DNA of 64,000 bases from Schmidtea polychroa (taxonomy: Eukaryota): contig CM097885.1 of NCBI GenBank assembly GCA_044892525.1, forward strand, positions 31,312,001 to 31,376,000. The letters run 5' to 3'. Positions within the stretch are counted from its first letter, which is position 1. The number at the start of each line of letters is the position of its first letter. A program made the position numbers and the translations under genes. Below the pieces are notes generated by a model. The model had not been told where the DNA came from, ran no database searches, and saw only the letters and a list, made by a program, of their open reading frames with translations. Below are positions 34,103-48,452 of the stretch, piece by piece.

Positions 34103-36728
34103 CTCTAGAGTGTCTGTTATAAATTTTACCATAGGTTACATCTCACCCTATGTTATATCTATACATTTATTATATCAAAGTTTTTAATTAAGTTATTTGC
34201 AGCAAACACAAACATATGAAAACATTTGAAGTCGTGCATTGAATTAAAAAAAAAAGAATAAACAGGATAAATTAGATAAAAGGCCAATTTATATTCCATT
34301 TGTTGGGTTGTTAAATTTAAAATGATGTAATTAAAAATGGAATATTGGAAAATTCAAAAGACCAATAAATTATCGAATTAAAATTTGAAAATCGGATCAG
34401 ATGCATATGAGATGATGGAAAAACTCATGGCAAGAACGGATTCATCAGAATATGCTCAGAAAGGGCCGAAATACAAGAAAATGTACAAAAACAGAAAATC
34501 GTTAATTAATTAATTAATTGAGAAAAACCGAGTCAATGAAAAAGAAAGAAGAGTAAAAAGTGGATTTTGGAAAACTATTATCATTAGTATTGGCAAAACG
34601 GGAAAAAATATTATCGCGATAGAAACGCGTAGTGGAAAAATTAATCATTTCTTTCAAAGGAGAAAAGATGAACAGGCCGCGAGGCAGAGCTTGTCAAAAG
34701 CAGACGATATAGTTGAAACAAAATTAATCAAGGCGATCATTTAAATTAAATAAGGTAGACCAAATTCAGAAACAATTGGCATTTAATCATATGTATATTA
34801 TTATTTGAAAAATACTCTTGGTTGTCGACAAATTTGAAAATAGTGAAAATCTATATTTTGTTAACTTTTTAAAAAGTGTTGTGGAGCGCACATTTTTGAA
34901 TCAAACAATACATCTAGTTAAAATCTTTCAAATAGATAATTTAGATATATTTATATTTTCATATGTTTTATACAGATAAGTTTTTCAGATGTGGTCTAGA
35001 CTTTCAAAGATTTTCCTTTGAAAACATCGATTTCTGGACTATATATGAAAAAATTTTGTCAGCAACGATTTTATCTGAAACGGTGTGTAGTGAGCAGCTA
35101 GGCGGATTTATCGAAAATTAAATAAATCTTGTATGAAAAAAGGCTTTTTAAAATGATATTTACAATCAACTCTAAAATTCAGTTTCAATAAAAATCAAGG
35201 AAATTCTCCTCATTTAATTCTTAAATAAATAAAACTTTGTGTGTGTGCGTAATTTTCATTTTCATTTACGCGTTTATTTTTTGATATTTTGTGTGTGCGT
35301 GCTGTTTGTCTTAGATTGTCTTAGTTCGTGTCTGAGTACGAGTTAACTTTTTGGAATTCATTATCATTCGTTATCACTCTATCTTGTTTATAACAAAATT
35401 ATAAATAAAATTACCGGAGGAAGATTGTCATGACAAACGGGACGATCGATGGGAACTTTGAAAAGAAAATGACAGTAAAATGAAATGAGAAATAAGAAAA
35501 AGGATTGAAACCAAAGAAATTAAACAAAAAAATAAAACAAAGGTTAGTACTAATTAATTAGTAAAAAAGGAAAAGGAATTTTGAAATCGGAAAAAAGAAA
35601 AACAACAATATTCTTATCTTGACAGCTTGCTAGTGATAACGTAATTGCCGGGAGAAGGCGGTTGAAAAAAAAAGGAAAAAGGGAAACTATCTTGACAGCC
35701 GCCACAGATAAAAATGGAACAGTCGGCGAAGGCAGGAGAAAGAAAGTGGAAAGACACTTGATTATCTTGAGTGCCACAATATAAGCAAGCTATATCAAAG
35801 ACAACTATCAAACTATCAAAGACAATGAGAGAGATAAAATTAGACAGAAGCGGGACAAAAAGTGACGCAAATTTAAGAAACAATTTGAGAGACAATTTGA
35901 GAGACAATTTGAAAGATAAAATTATTGGAGAAAAATTAGATAACGTTGGATGAAACGTTGTTGGAGAAACGATTTGTGGAAAATAATTGAGTATTTGAAT
36001 AAATTTGTGAAGAAGGTCAAAGAAAACAACCAACTCAAAGTCCCAGTTGATAAACCAATCAGTAATCTGTGATCTTTTAATCCGGTGGTATACGCAAGTG
36101 CTAAAAAAATCAAATTTTATTTTATTCAACAAACTGCCGGCTATTGCTGAAGTGGAGAGATTCTCAACCCTTAGGATTCTAAATTTCTTAATCTATTAAT
36201 CTATGAACGACAAGCTGGTGTTCAATCGTTAGAACTGGGTTTCACATAAGTTTCGATCCACTAGGCAAGTAATATGATAAACATGGCAAGCCATGGTCTT
36301 TGGGATTGTTCAGCTTCGGTTATATGAGAATATCATCATAGTTCCTCGTTATCAGTTTCATAAGGACATCAGCAGATTCATCAGTTGTATCATGGAGATG
36401 TCTTCAATCTCATCAGTCTAGCAATCAATTCATTGATAGGCTGTTTTAGGAATGGCCTAGGAACTTTTAGTAATTTTTGGAGTAGAAAGACTCCCAGTGC
36501 GAAGTTTATAAAGAGAATATTAATTTACTTATTATAGTAGTTATAGACAGAGGTGAATAAGGGGTACATGTATAAATACATATATAAAGTCATAAAAATT
36601 TATAGAATCATCTTGGGGCAGAATCCCTACAAGGATTCTTACATTTACCCAAAGAGAGTGAAAGTATGTATGCATATAGATGCACATAGATTATGCTATG
36701 TCACAATATATACATGTAATAATAGACA

Positions 36729-36729
36729 T

Positions 36730-36783
<54 letters not shown>

Positions 36784-36802
36784 ATATATATATATATATA
36801 TA

Positions 36803-36873
<71 letters not shown>
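36729..36873. repeat. (CA)n(TA)n microsatellite
   Basis: Direct observation; explains the IYIY ORFs. Confidence 0.97.
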
Positions 36874-36879
<6 letters not shown>

Positions 36880-37399
36880 CAACAGAAGATGTACTCAGTA
36901 CATATGAATTTGATAACATAAGAGACCTTTTTAATGGGTATATTATTACATTGGTCTTTGGGTTAATAATATTATCGGGATGGTATATTTAAAATAGATT
37001 TAGGTCAATTATATATATTATTATATTTAAAATTCAATTACATTCAATCATATTTAATAATATCAATTAATTAGTTTTGGTCAGATTAAGTAATTAAAGT
37101 AATTAATTAAAATTCTGGTATAATATCAAGTTATATAATATTAATTGAAATTGATAAAAGTAACCATAAAACACAAATAAATATGGGGATTGCATGGAGT
37201 ACTATATATAATATATATACTCCATATATTATATATTATATATGTTTTGTTAGATCAGATATCAGTGTTTCAAGAGATATATAAATTTAATTTAAAGAGA
37301 TTTGTGGATAAATTGTATGAAAATATAATAACCATAAAATACAAATAAATAAGAAATGCTTTGAATACAAAGTACATATATATTATAAAATCATTCTTT

Positions 37400-37900
37400 A
37401 TAGATATGTTGTCGGTAGATTTGTTAGCTGCTATTAATTGCAGCCACACAGGCTTTTTTGGTCAGGTCTTTTATCTCAGTATTAGATAAGCCAATAACCC
37501 TGAGTATTGGGTCGTTATTTTTATCTCAAGAACCTAAAGTGCCTATTACGATGGCATATAAAGTGTGTGGGCGTTTATGTAGCCGTCCAACTCCATATTG
37601 TTGCATTTCAGAACTACGATGAATGTTGCGTGGAGAGTCAAGTATGTTATGATTAATCACACAATTCCGAACGGTGAAATTAAGACGGGAGTGGATGAAG
37701 ATTTTAAAGGTATTTATTTTTTGCTAGGGGTGAAGATGAGAATGGAGAATTTTTATTGTGTCTTGGAATGCGGTATCAAGTCTTTCATTGATGCAATGTT
37801 TCGTTTTATGAGAAAAATCCACCCCAAGGTATCTATACATATTGGAGTCATCAATTTTAGGAAGAGTTTCACCATTTAAAGAAATTGGGCGATAGTTGTC
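37400..37900 (-). pseudogene. Remnant of a NeSL/Utopia-like (restriction-like endonuclease) non-LTR retrotransposon
   Basis: Minus-strand fragments MYRYLGVDF, RHNK and LYAIVIGTLGS*DKNNDPILRVIGL...KKACVAAINSS*QIYRQH resemble the C-terminus of this clade. Confidence 0.55.
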
Positions 37901-38875
37901 TTCATGGTTAATGTGAAAGTAACCGAATTTCGAGGGTTTAAAGCGAAGGTTAACTTTCGATGCTAGGGATATGGTAAGAGATATTCGAGTAAGAATCAGA
38001 AAAAAAAATAATAATAGTCAAATCAACACTAAAAATCACATCTTCACATCACACTAGGAATCAATAAACGGAGTAAAGCTCCAGGCATAAACGAATTACA
38101 GTTTTTATTTCACTGCCAAACAGTGCAGTCGGTTATATCCAAAATTTCGTGTAATATATTTTTTTAAAAAAATTTTCAAATTGTATATTAAACTAAAATC
38201 TAGTTAATTTGAAGTTTCTCTTAGAATTACATCTGATCATTTTATAATTATTCAAAGCTAATAGCCATCGACCAGTAGTTAGGCAATCCTATTACATATG
38301 TTATGAAGTTACCCGGTAGACTATCATTTAGAAATCCTCATAATTAACTCCTTAAATCATGAAACCATTAATTAGTATTTAAAAGCATTAATTTACTATT
38401 TTGCATTTAAACTTAACTTACCTTACCTTTACAATATAAATTCAGAAAATCTTTGATAAATAACCACCTTAAATTATATAACCATTAACCACTTCCTCCT
38501 CGAATATACAGCAGTTACGCACAGTATTAATAATCTTAATCTAAATTATCTATATACATATATTCAAATTAAAAATGATGATTCGCAATTTTTCATAAAG
38601 GACCCTCTCAAATCGTATAATAATCAAATATCATGTTATTAGCCCTAATCTAAATTACCCACAAATATATATTCAAGTTAAAAATAAAAGTCTGTATTTT
38701 CCATGATTAACTCCCCTCGAGATTTATATTAGTCAAAATGACTATTCGAAACATTAATCTAAATTACTAAATTAATAATCCTAAACTTATAAAAATATAA
38801 TTTTCAAAGTTTTCCTAATGGCCACCTCCAAGCTGTATAATAACAAGAATTAATGTTATTGTTAATAGTCTAAAG

Positions 38876-41123
38876 CAGGGGTCTCAAACTCAAACTGGCC
38901 TGCGGGCCGCATTAGACTAGTATCATGAGCAGGCGGGCCGCAACATAAATAATTGTTTTCCAGAACATGTGGAGTCTGAAACACCGACGTTAATATTTAT
39001 TTAATTAAAAACTCAACAAAACTAAAAAACATTTTATTTTAATATTTTAGCATTCATTATGCTGCTTTCTTACATTAAAATACTAAAATTAATGTTACTG
39101 TGAAATCAATCCATGTTTTGCCCACTTACCTAGCATCGTTTAGCATCAAACAAGGCATCAATGTTAGGTTTAATGTCCTGTGATGAAACCAGTCTTAGAG
39201 ATGCTTGCAGATGTTCATCAGTAAGCCTAGATCTTAATGGCGATTTGATAATTTTCATGGAAGAGAAAAATTGTTCGCAAACATACGTACTTCCAAACAT
39301 TGCTATCATCCTTGCAGCAGCAGAAAGTAACATAGGAAACCTTTCTTTTGAAACAAACTGATAAAATTCTAGAATTCCGACATCTGAATACTTTTGCTTC
39401 AATATGGAATCACACTGAAGATCTACTAATTCCATCTGCAGTTCCTCTGCTATATTTTCAATCTCAACGGCGAATGGTGTTGCAAAAAGCTGAAAATGTG
39501 GTTCAAGTGCCTTAAAATCGTTAAAACGTAAAACAAATTGTTGATGCAAATCTGAAATTATATCTGCATATTCTTTCAGGGATTGGTTTTCGACTTTTCA
39601 TAAGGAATTCAAAGTTGAGAAATGGGCTAAGTTGCCTACAATAAGCTGTCTTTGAAATAAAGACAATTTGACTTTGAATGATTTAACACTGTCATACATC
39701 TGTGTAATGACTTGTCTTTTGCCCTGAAGTTTTAAATTTAATGCATTCAAATGACCAGTTAAATCTGTCAGAAAGGCAAGGTCGCAAATAAACTTGGCAT
39801 CAGTAAGCTGTGGAACCTCATTCTTTTTGAGTTTCATGAAAGAATAAATCTCTTCTCTAAGTGCAAAAAAACGATTCAGCACATTTCCTCGACTCAGCCA
39901 TCTAACTTCGGTGTAATAAAGAATTTCCCGATATTCGCTTTCTATACTTGCTAGGAAAGAAGTGAACTGTCGGTGATTTAAGCCTCGTGAACGTATAAAA
40001 TTGACCGTTTTCACAACCACATCCATGACACCCATCATTTTAATACTTTTGCTACACAGAGCTTCTTGGTGCACAATGCAATGTAAGCTAGTGAAATTAT
40101 TATTTGGTATATTGAGGCTTTGTAGTTTGGTCTTCACCAATCCAACAACACCGATTGTTTGTGAACACATAGCTGGCGCTCCATCCGTGACCATTGATAC
40201 AAGTTTGTTCCATGGTAATCCAGCTTTTTCAAGACAATCTTCCAATCCTTTAAATAAATCACGTCCCGTTGTGGTATTCTTCAATGGTACCAAGTCTAGA
40301 AATTCTTCCGTTACATTAAATTTACTGTCCACTCCTCTTATAAAAATTGCGCACTGTGAAGTATCTACCAAATTCTGTGAAAGGTCGCGATGATTCAGCT
40401 ATCATCAGGCTTAGCTCAAAACTTGTTTTTACTGAATTTTCTGCAAATTGGCTTAAATTCGAAAAAAAGTTTCGTTGCTTATCAAATCCTATTTTAAGCT
40501 GGTTAACTTTTTCATCTCGAATTTTTCCAGTATATTTATCATATTTTTCACGATGCATAGTGTCGTAGTGCCGGCGAAGGTTGAACTCCTTTGGTACTGC
40601 GATAGTCTGCTGGCATATAAGGCACTGAATTTTATCTCTCGCCTCTGTGAAAAAATATAAATTCTCCCACTTCTCTTGGAAAACCCTTCTTTCATCAACG
40701 AGTTTTCTTTTTCTAGATAACGAAGTCATTTTGTGATGGGTATAAAAAATTTTAAATATGCCAATTATTATTTGTTGATTGAAATAACATTAAATTAAAA
40801 TAAACAAAAATTTAAATTATGTAAAATATATGTATTTTTAATATAACTTATATTTTTTTAATTTAAATAATTTAAATAATAAAATCAATAATTTTTAAAA
40901 TAAATAAACTGCTTTCGATAAGATTCATAAGAAAGACGTAATAAAGCCATTATTAAATTGTACTAGACGTCATATGTATAAATAAAAATAATTAAAAAGA
41001 GTAGTTTTAATTTATACAGCCAATTATGATTTTAATTGTTAAATAAGTTTGGTTAAATTACAAATCTATGTTTTTTCGTTGCGGGCCGCATGCGGCCCGC
41101 GGGCGGCGTGTTTGAGACCCCTG
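38876..41123 (-). mobile_element. hAT DNA transposon (Buster/Charlie/SPIN-like) with disrupted transposase at 40729-39130
   Basis: TIR CAGGGGTCTCAAAC/GTTTGAGACCCCTG; 8-bp TSD GTCTAAAG; CLIC..NLRRHY..H, TDGAPAM, HCIVHQ, VRWLSRG, FGSTYVCEQFFS. An internal deletion near 40372 removes the first catalytic Asp region; stops at 39598 and 39130. Confidence 0.95.
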
Positions 41124-41177
41124 GTCTAAAGTATACATAGGTGGTAATCTTATAAAAATATAAATTTACGTTTATTA

Positions 41178-44067
41178 TAGGGTTCGGAATCCCGGAATCC
41201 CGGGATTCCGAAATCCCGGGATCCCGCAATTTTTAGCAATCCCGAAATCCCTGGATCGAGCACTTGATCCCGGGATTTGATTTTTTAAGCCTAAAAGGAA
41301 AAATACCTTACAGTTTCCTTAAAAATTCTTTAAAACAATCGTTTTTGGTTGAACATTTTCAAATTTAAATTTTTTCGGTTGAGATTTGAATTTTGTCATA
41401 TAGAAAATACATGGAATTTTTTTTGCATTCAAATTCTTAAAATATATAAATTTTAATAATCGAAATTCTTGGAACTTTTTTTTTTCAATATTCAATTTGT
41501 AATTATATTCTTAAAATTTTTTGTTGGCGCTCAGACGTAATTAGTATATAATTGTTTTCACGTGTTATTGTTTTTGATTATTTTAAAGTGTAGATTTAAT
41601 TAAATTATCATTCGCACTATTTGAACAACAAATTTTAAAAATATAATGGCTTCTTACATAGACCATGAAAAGAAAAGTAATTCTGCTGTTTGGAAACATT
41701 TTTTACGAGAAGAAAAAGGACAGACAGCGATGTGTAAGTATACCGACTGCAAAAAAATTCTAAAAATTGGGGGTGGGTCAACGAAAGGTCTCCATACGCA
41801 TCTACTTTCCGTCCATAAAATTAACATCACAACAGCTACTACTTCGGCTAACACATCAGATGAACCACCAACAAAAAAATCGAAAACGTTAACCAAGTAT
41901 TTTCCGATGCTGGAACGAGAAGAAAAATCACTTCCTGCTACACTTGCAAGGTTAACCGCACTTGATGGGATTTCATTTAACGTTATATGCCGTTCTTCTG
42001 ATTTACGTGCAGGTCTTATAGCAACAGGATTCAAAAGTTTACCTACAACAGTCAACACAGTGCGCAAAATAGTTGTAGATTACAGCAAAAAAATTAAGAA
42101 TTCATTAATTACGGAAATAGATGGCAAAAAAACCCACAATTCGGTGTTGGTGAGAGATTTTCCTTATCGTTTGATGAATGGACATCACTACGTAACCGTC
42201 GGTACATGAATATTAATTTACATGCTCAAAATTGTCAGTTCTGGAGCTTAGTCTTAATTCGAATAACAGGATCAATGCCTGCAGATAAATGTATTGAGCT
42301 CCTAGAACAAATGCTCGCAGAATATGGACTTGATTTGCGAAAAGATATCGTCGGAATTATGACTGACGGAGCAAGTGTAATGAAAAAAGTTGGGAGATTA
42401 TTACCTGTAAATCAACAATTATGTTTTGCCCATGGTGTGTAACTGGCCGTAATTGAAGTACTATATCAAAAGCAAAATATAGAAACAGATCAGCAATTCG
42501 ACGAAGACGAACAATCAGAAGTAGAACACGATTTTTCGGAGAGTAACGACGATGAAATCTTTTCTGACAACGAAGAATTGGTTGATCTCGATTCTGGTCA
42601 TAGGCATGGAGGAAACCAAAGTGTTGTTACTGAGATAAATTCCGCTCCAGTGATCAAAAAGGTACGAAAATTGATAGTAATGTTCAGACGATCGCCAACA
42701 AAAAACGATATCTTGCAGAAATATGTTGCGGCTGAATTTGGGAAGCAAATAACTCTAATAAAAGATTGCAAGACTAGGTGGAACAGCCTTTTGTCAATGC
42801 TTGAACGTATCTATTTATTAAAAAATTGTATTCAAAAGGCATTGATAGACATAAGTCTACCTGAAGGTGAATCATTTGCTTTATCTAATGATGAGCTTAA
42901 AATGATATCTTCTATCATTAGTGCTCTAGTACCAGTAAAAGCAACAGTCGAGGCCCTTTGTCGTCGGGATGCTAGTCTGTTCACATCCGATGTTGCTTTA
43001 ACTTTTATGTTAAAAAAACTTAAAGATTCTAACAACGTTATATGTCAAAAATTGCATTCAGCTCTCATTCTTCGCATGCAACAAAGGCGGACAGATATCA
43101 GTGGTGTACTTCAGTATTTACATAATGGTAGGACAAACGTTCAGTCCGAATCTGAAATAGCGCTCATAACAGTTCCATCTGCCGTAAAATGTCGCAAAAT
43201 AATAGTTGAGTTACTCGAAAGATTAGATGCTGCAAATCCAGCTACAGCACTAACAGCTCATGAGTCCGAAGTTGAATCTTCTGTTTCAAATGAGACACCT
43301 ATCGAAATTGTTTCAGATTCTTCTGATTCTCCATTTGAATCTCTTTCCTTTTCTCTTGAACAACCTTTAACTATTGCAGACGAGCTCAATAAAGCTATAA
43401 AACAAGCACATTTTCTGAGGATGCCAATTCGATGTGAGATGCTGTCAGCGAAAATTCAATAGGAAATAGTATTGTTTGAAAATGGAGGAACACGTGGTGA
43501 TTTTTTGCAAAGAGCGTATGATTTTCTAATGACAATCAAACCAACCAGTGTAGAGTCCGAACGTGCCTTTTCTGCGGCCGGACTTTTTGCAACGAAAATA
43601 AGAAGTCGTATGGGCGATGAAACTTTGGATGCACTATGCTTTCTTAAAAGTTATTTTAAAAATAACAAAGAATAATTAGGTATTTTTTATAATTATTTAA
43701 TAATTAAAAATGTAACTTTAACAATGAACTCTTTATAATTTATTAATTAAGAATATTATAAACATAATGAATTTGATGTATAATATTATAAAAACATTCA
43801 TTTTCTTTGTAATTTAATAAACTATTTTTTATAAACTTATTTTTGAATGTGTCATTTTTTTTAAATACCCGTTCTTGAAATATATTAACATATTATTTTA
43901 ACAAAATTAATCTCTTTCTTTTTCTATTAATTTGGTTAAAATAGTATGTTAATATATTTAAAGAACATGTATTTAAAAATTCCGGGACTAATCCCGGGAT
44001 CCGGGATTAGGAAAATGCAATCCCGAAATCCCGGGATTGAAAATATAGCACGGGATTGCCAACCCTA
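41178..44067 (+). mobile_element. hAT DNA transposon with BED finger; transposase pseudogene 41646-43675
   Basis: TIR TAGGGTT.GGAATCCCG/CGGGATTGCCAACCCTA; TSD GTTTATTA; subterminal AATCCCGGGA repeats; VWKHF..C..C..HL..H, TDGASV, CFAHG, TRWNS, PTSVESERAFS; frameshifts ~42135 and ~43410-43460, stop at 42440. Confidence 0.95.
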
Positions 44068-44307
44068 GTTTATTACTATTATCATTATTAATATTATTGT
44101 TATTATTATTATTTTATTGCTGTTACTTTATTATTACGTTTTTTTTATTATTTATTTTCCACTACTCCCAGCGCTCCCACTAATTTTATTATATATAATT
44201 ATCTTTATATATTAATTATATTTATTCAAAATCATAAATTCAAGTTTTCCTTAACTACGCCCCTCCCCGGGTTAAAATAATATGATCCAATACTACATTT
44301 ATTAATA

Positions 44308-46368
44308 CACCTAATTCCAGATGTTAAAAGTCTCTATAATACATGTTGGTGTATTCATCAGTTGATGACTCACCATTTATGAGAATGTGAAGTTATTTAC
44401 TTCATTTCATTTATTCAATTTTACAAGTAAGTTTTTTAATTTAAGTAACTTTTAAGGTTTGAATTTTGATTTTATAAAATTATGAGATCACTATTCAAGC
44501 TTTTAAATGTTACTTGTAGTCAATATTTTGATTATAAATTATTTTTAATTAATTTTCAGGTTTTTAGGATTTTTATAACTATGAATTTATTTGGAATTAT
44601 TTCGATAAAATGTAAGTTAGATTAATATTTTTAACTATGAATAAATAAAAAAATCACCAAAAACATTTATTTTTTAAGACATTTAAGAAAGAAGCGGAGT
44701 AGTTTTTTAAGTTTTTTTAATGTTCTTTCTCCAGCTCATTTATATGGTAAATTTTGTCATTTTATGTAATTCTATGAATTTATTATTTTTTTATACAAGT
44801 TATAAAAATTTACGATTTTCGAATTTTTTTCCAGAGAAATATCTAAAAATCTAAAGAAAAAATAACTTCAAAAATATTTAATAAATAGATTTTACGATGT
44901 CTTGTCGTCCTTTTATCGAAAACTCAAAGTAGAGTTGTCCGATTGAAAATCCAAAATTTTTTCTGCCATGAATTTTAATAATTTAAAATTAATGATATGT
45001 TAACAGTATGTTAATTACTTTCTACTTTCGGAATAAAAAAAGCTATATTAAATTTGCGTGTATTTTATATTATGTGTGCTGTGTTTGTATGTAAAATTAT
45101 TTTTCTGTCACCTAAATCCACAATATAAGTTTCTATAATCTAAAAAAAAATCGATAAAATTATATTATAGCAACACACAAACTTACCTGTGTTCAAAAAT
45201 TTAATGTTCCGAATGTTAAAAGTTTTATTATAGGAATTGAGAAAGTGACAGAAAAATAATTTTACATACAAACACAGCACACATAATATAAAATACACAC
45301 AAATTTAATATAGCTTTTTTTATTCCGAAAGTAGAGAGTCATTAACATACTGTTAACATATCATTAATTTAAAATTATTAAAATTCATGGCTGAAAAAAA
45401 TTTGGATTTTGAATCTGACAACTCAACTTTGAGTTTTCGAGAAAAGGACGACAAAACATAGTAAGATCTATTTATAAAATATTTTTGAAGTTAATATTTC
45501 TTTAGATTTTCAGATATTTCTTTGGAGACATTTCCATTTTGCGAAGGTGAAGATCTGACAATGTAAGAATTTTTTTATTTAATTACAAATAATTAAAATA
45601 TTTACAGCAAATCAGATATTTCTAGTCAAACGCCTTTGTGTGAAGATATTCAACAAGTTCAATCGACATCTTTGGAATTGAAGAAAAAAATTCGAAAATC
45701 GTAAATTTTAATAACTTATTTTAAAAAAATATTTTCAAAGAATTTTAGAAAATGACAAAATCCGTCTCATCAATGCATATGAAAATGGAGAAAATTATAA
45801 AGATTTTGGAAGATTACTGGGAATCTCCAAAGAATCGATTGGAACCATTATTTCTTAAAAAATAAATGTGTTTGGTGATTATTTTATTTCTTTTTAGTTC
45901 AAAATATATATAACTTACATTTTATTGAAATAATTCCAAATTCATAACATGTCATAAAATACCTAAAAAAGCACCTGAAATTTAATTATCAATATATTAT
46001 AAATATATTATAAATGCTGATTACAAGTAATATTTAAGAGCTTGAATAATGATCTCATAATTATATGAAATCAAAATTCAAGCCTTAAAATATACTTAAA
46101 TTTAAAAAACTTACTTCTAAAACCATAAATAAAATTGAATTGAAAATGAAAAAATAAAATAAACTCTCTCATAAATGGTGAGTCATCGATTGATGAACAC
46201 ACCAACATGCATTATAGAGACTTTTAACATGTGGAAACGGGTGTATAAAAAAACTTTTAACATTCGGAACATTAAATTTTTGCACACAGGTAAGTTTGTG
46301 TGTTGCTATAGTATAATTTTATCGATTATTTTTTTAGATTATAGAAACTTATATTCTGGATTTTGGTG
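44308..46368. mobile_element. Tc1-like non-autonomous element containing an inverted nested copy of itself (45109-46243)
   Basis: TIR-like CACCTAATTCCA at 44308 and CACCTAAATCCA at 45109, with reverse copies ending at 46243 and 46368; long inverted homologies; HTH fragment IRLINAYENG..FGRLLGISKESIGTII at ~45760-45850. Confidence 0.7.
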
Positions 46369-46672
46369 TATAGTCTATACACGAAATTACACATAAAGAA
46401 CTAATAAAATATCCAAACATATAAAATCAAATCTGGTATTTCTTTGCTATATGAAATTTCCAATAAAAATTTAAATTTTTTTTCCATAAACATCGAATTC
46501 ATCAACAGAATTATCTCCTCTCTTAGAAGATTTTAGACTTAAATTTAATTTTGGCTATTTTTGACTAAATTTCACCATTTCACATAGATGAATGATATCT
46601 ACAATCAATCTAAAATAAAATTAAGGTTTAAAATTCCACAATTATAAATCGTGAAAAATGAATAGCTTAGAT

Positions 46673-46933
46673 CAGGGCTTTTCAAACTGGGGTCCGTGAG
46701 CGATTTTATGAGGGTCCGTATCGATTTTGAAATATATGAAATTTATTTTATTAAACGTATTTAGTTAAAAAATTTCTATAATAATTTCTTTTTAATAAAT
46801 TTAATTTTATAAAAATATTAATAATTATATATCAGGTTTTACAAACAAAATAGTAATTTTTTAGTAAAATGGTCCGTAAACTAAGCGTAATAAAAATTAG
46901 GGGTCCCTTGTTTAAAAAGTTTGAAAAGCCCTG
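46673..46933. mobile_element. hAT MITE
   Basis: TIR CAGGGCTTTTCAAACT/AGTTTGAAAAGCCCTG; TSD GCTTAGAT. Confidence 0.93.
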
Positions 46934-47818
46934 GCTTAGATTATGGTAATATTAATAAGAATCAACAATTAATTTCTGATATGAATAAATTCTTTAAAAC
47001 ATGTTACAGAATAATTTAATGAAGTTATTTATTATGTTTATTATATAAGCTTATGTTAGTAACAAAGTTTTAATTTTATAAAACCAATTCTGGTTGGTCA
47101 TTGGTCTTCTGCCAGAAACTTATTGTGGTCCTTTCCATCCATGAGAAATTTTAGTTCATTGGGTTCCGATGGAGGGATCTTAAGCGCCCATCCTAAATAT
47201 TTTCAAAAATAATTTCTTATACGTTAACATTTATAGTACCTCCAGCATGAGGATGTTTATTTATCACCCATTTTTTTGTTTTCTAGTCGTTTGTCGGCTT
47301 CAGCTGTTCCAACGTTATTTTTCTACTCTAATCCCGTCACGTTTGTCGATAAAGAGTTTTTCTTTCCAGAATGACGAGTAACTGCACGTATTTTAAAATT
47401 TATGGTCCCAAATGGCAATAAGTATTAACATACCTTACGCAACGGAAATTATTTCAGTTTTGGATTTGCATTAGATTTAAATTAGATTAAAATTTAGCAA
47501 TCTTTACACATATAATAAAATATAACTTTCATTGATCATAACAATTTTTTTTAAGAATTTAATTGCTATTCTACATATTCTAAATAGTCTAAAAATTTAA
47601 TACAACCGTTCCAAAACCTTACCAATTAATAGGTGATGGTGCATTGGTTGAAAATTCCATTCTGTGTTATTGTTTTTCAAAAAATGAAACCTTTGTAGAA
47701 ATAATTGATAGTTAAACTGCTTAGCCCTAAAACTAAGAATTGGTACCATCTTGAATTGGTAGCTGTGGAAGTTGAATTTTCCGAAATTGTAATTAAACGG
47801 CAATCTTAAAATTTAGAT

Positions 47819-48166
47819 ATGTCACAACACGATCCGGACATTGAATCAATTACTCGGCTCAGAACCAAATGGATTTGTTACAAAATCCACGAGTGGAATC
47901 TGGGACAAGACTTGGACAATTTTGGACCCGTTATCCGAAGCGGACCACAACCCGAAGCCTCGGCGTGGGTTAAAAATGAACCGGGTAATAATTGGCTAGA
48001 TGAGGCCCGAGATCAGGCCGTGATAGCAGTCGCAAGTGCCCAATACAAACTCCGGTTGATTGAGGCCCAGATTCGCGCAGTCGCAGCAGGTAGACCTACC
48101 GAAGAAGCCGAGGTTGAACCAACCCCTCCTAGGAAACTGGGAAGGCCTCGGAAGACCGCTCCATGA
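47819..48166 (+). CDS. GC-rich orphan ORF/exon with C-terminal AT-hook-like GRPRK
   Basis: Markedly higher GC than its flanks, open for 115 codons, preceded by TTTAG; no family recognised. Confidence 0.4.
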   Translation: MSQHDPDIESITRLRTKWICYKIHEWNLGQDLDNFGPVIRSGPQPEASAWVKNEPGNNWLDEARDQAVIAVASAQYKLRLIEAQIRAVAAGRPTEEAEVEPTPPRKLGRPRKTAP

Positions 48167-48452
48167 GCCTAACAAGGACCCCATGACTATGGCCCTAATG
48201 ACTGACATTTTACATTACTAGTACCTTAGTGTGATTTTTCTTTTTGTATTTATACTTTGATTTTACTTAACCATACTTTGGTTTAATTTTGACTATCTAT
48301 CATTATAAAACGAAATTGTTCGGTTTATTCATTTTTTAAGCTATTTTTCTTTTTTAAAGTATTATTACAGCGGCACAGAATAAACCTGAACGTTTACTAT
48401 TGAACATGTGTCCATACAGGTCCATCTAACTAGATATTTCTTTAAATTTTAG

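Noticed and set aside
35550..36132. ORFs 35550-36132 as host genes
   Set aside because: Antisense readings of A-rich, stop-riddled DNA, probably a decayed retroelement gag region; no family motif.
36553..36921. IYIY-repeat ORFs here and at 52219-52416
   Set aside because: Translations of (TA)n microsatellites.
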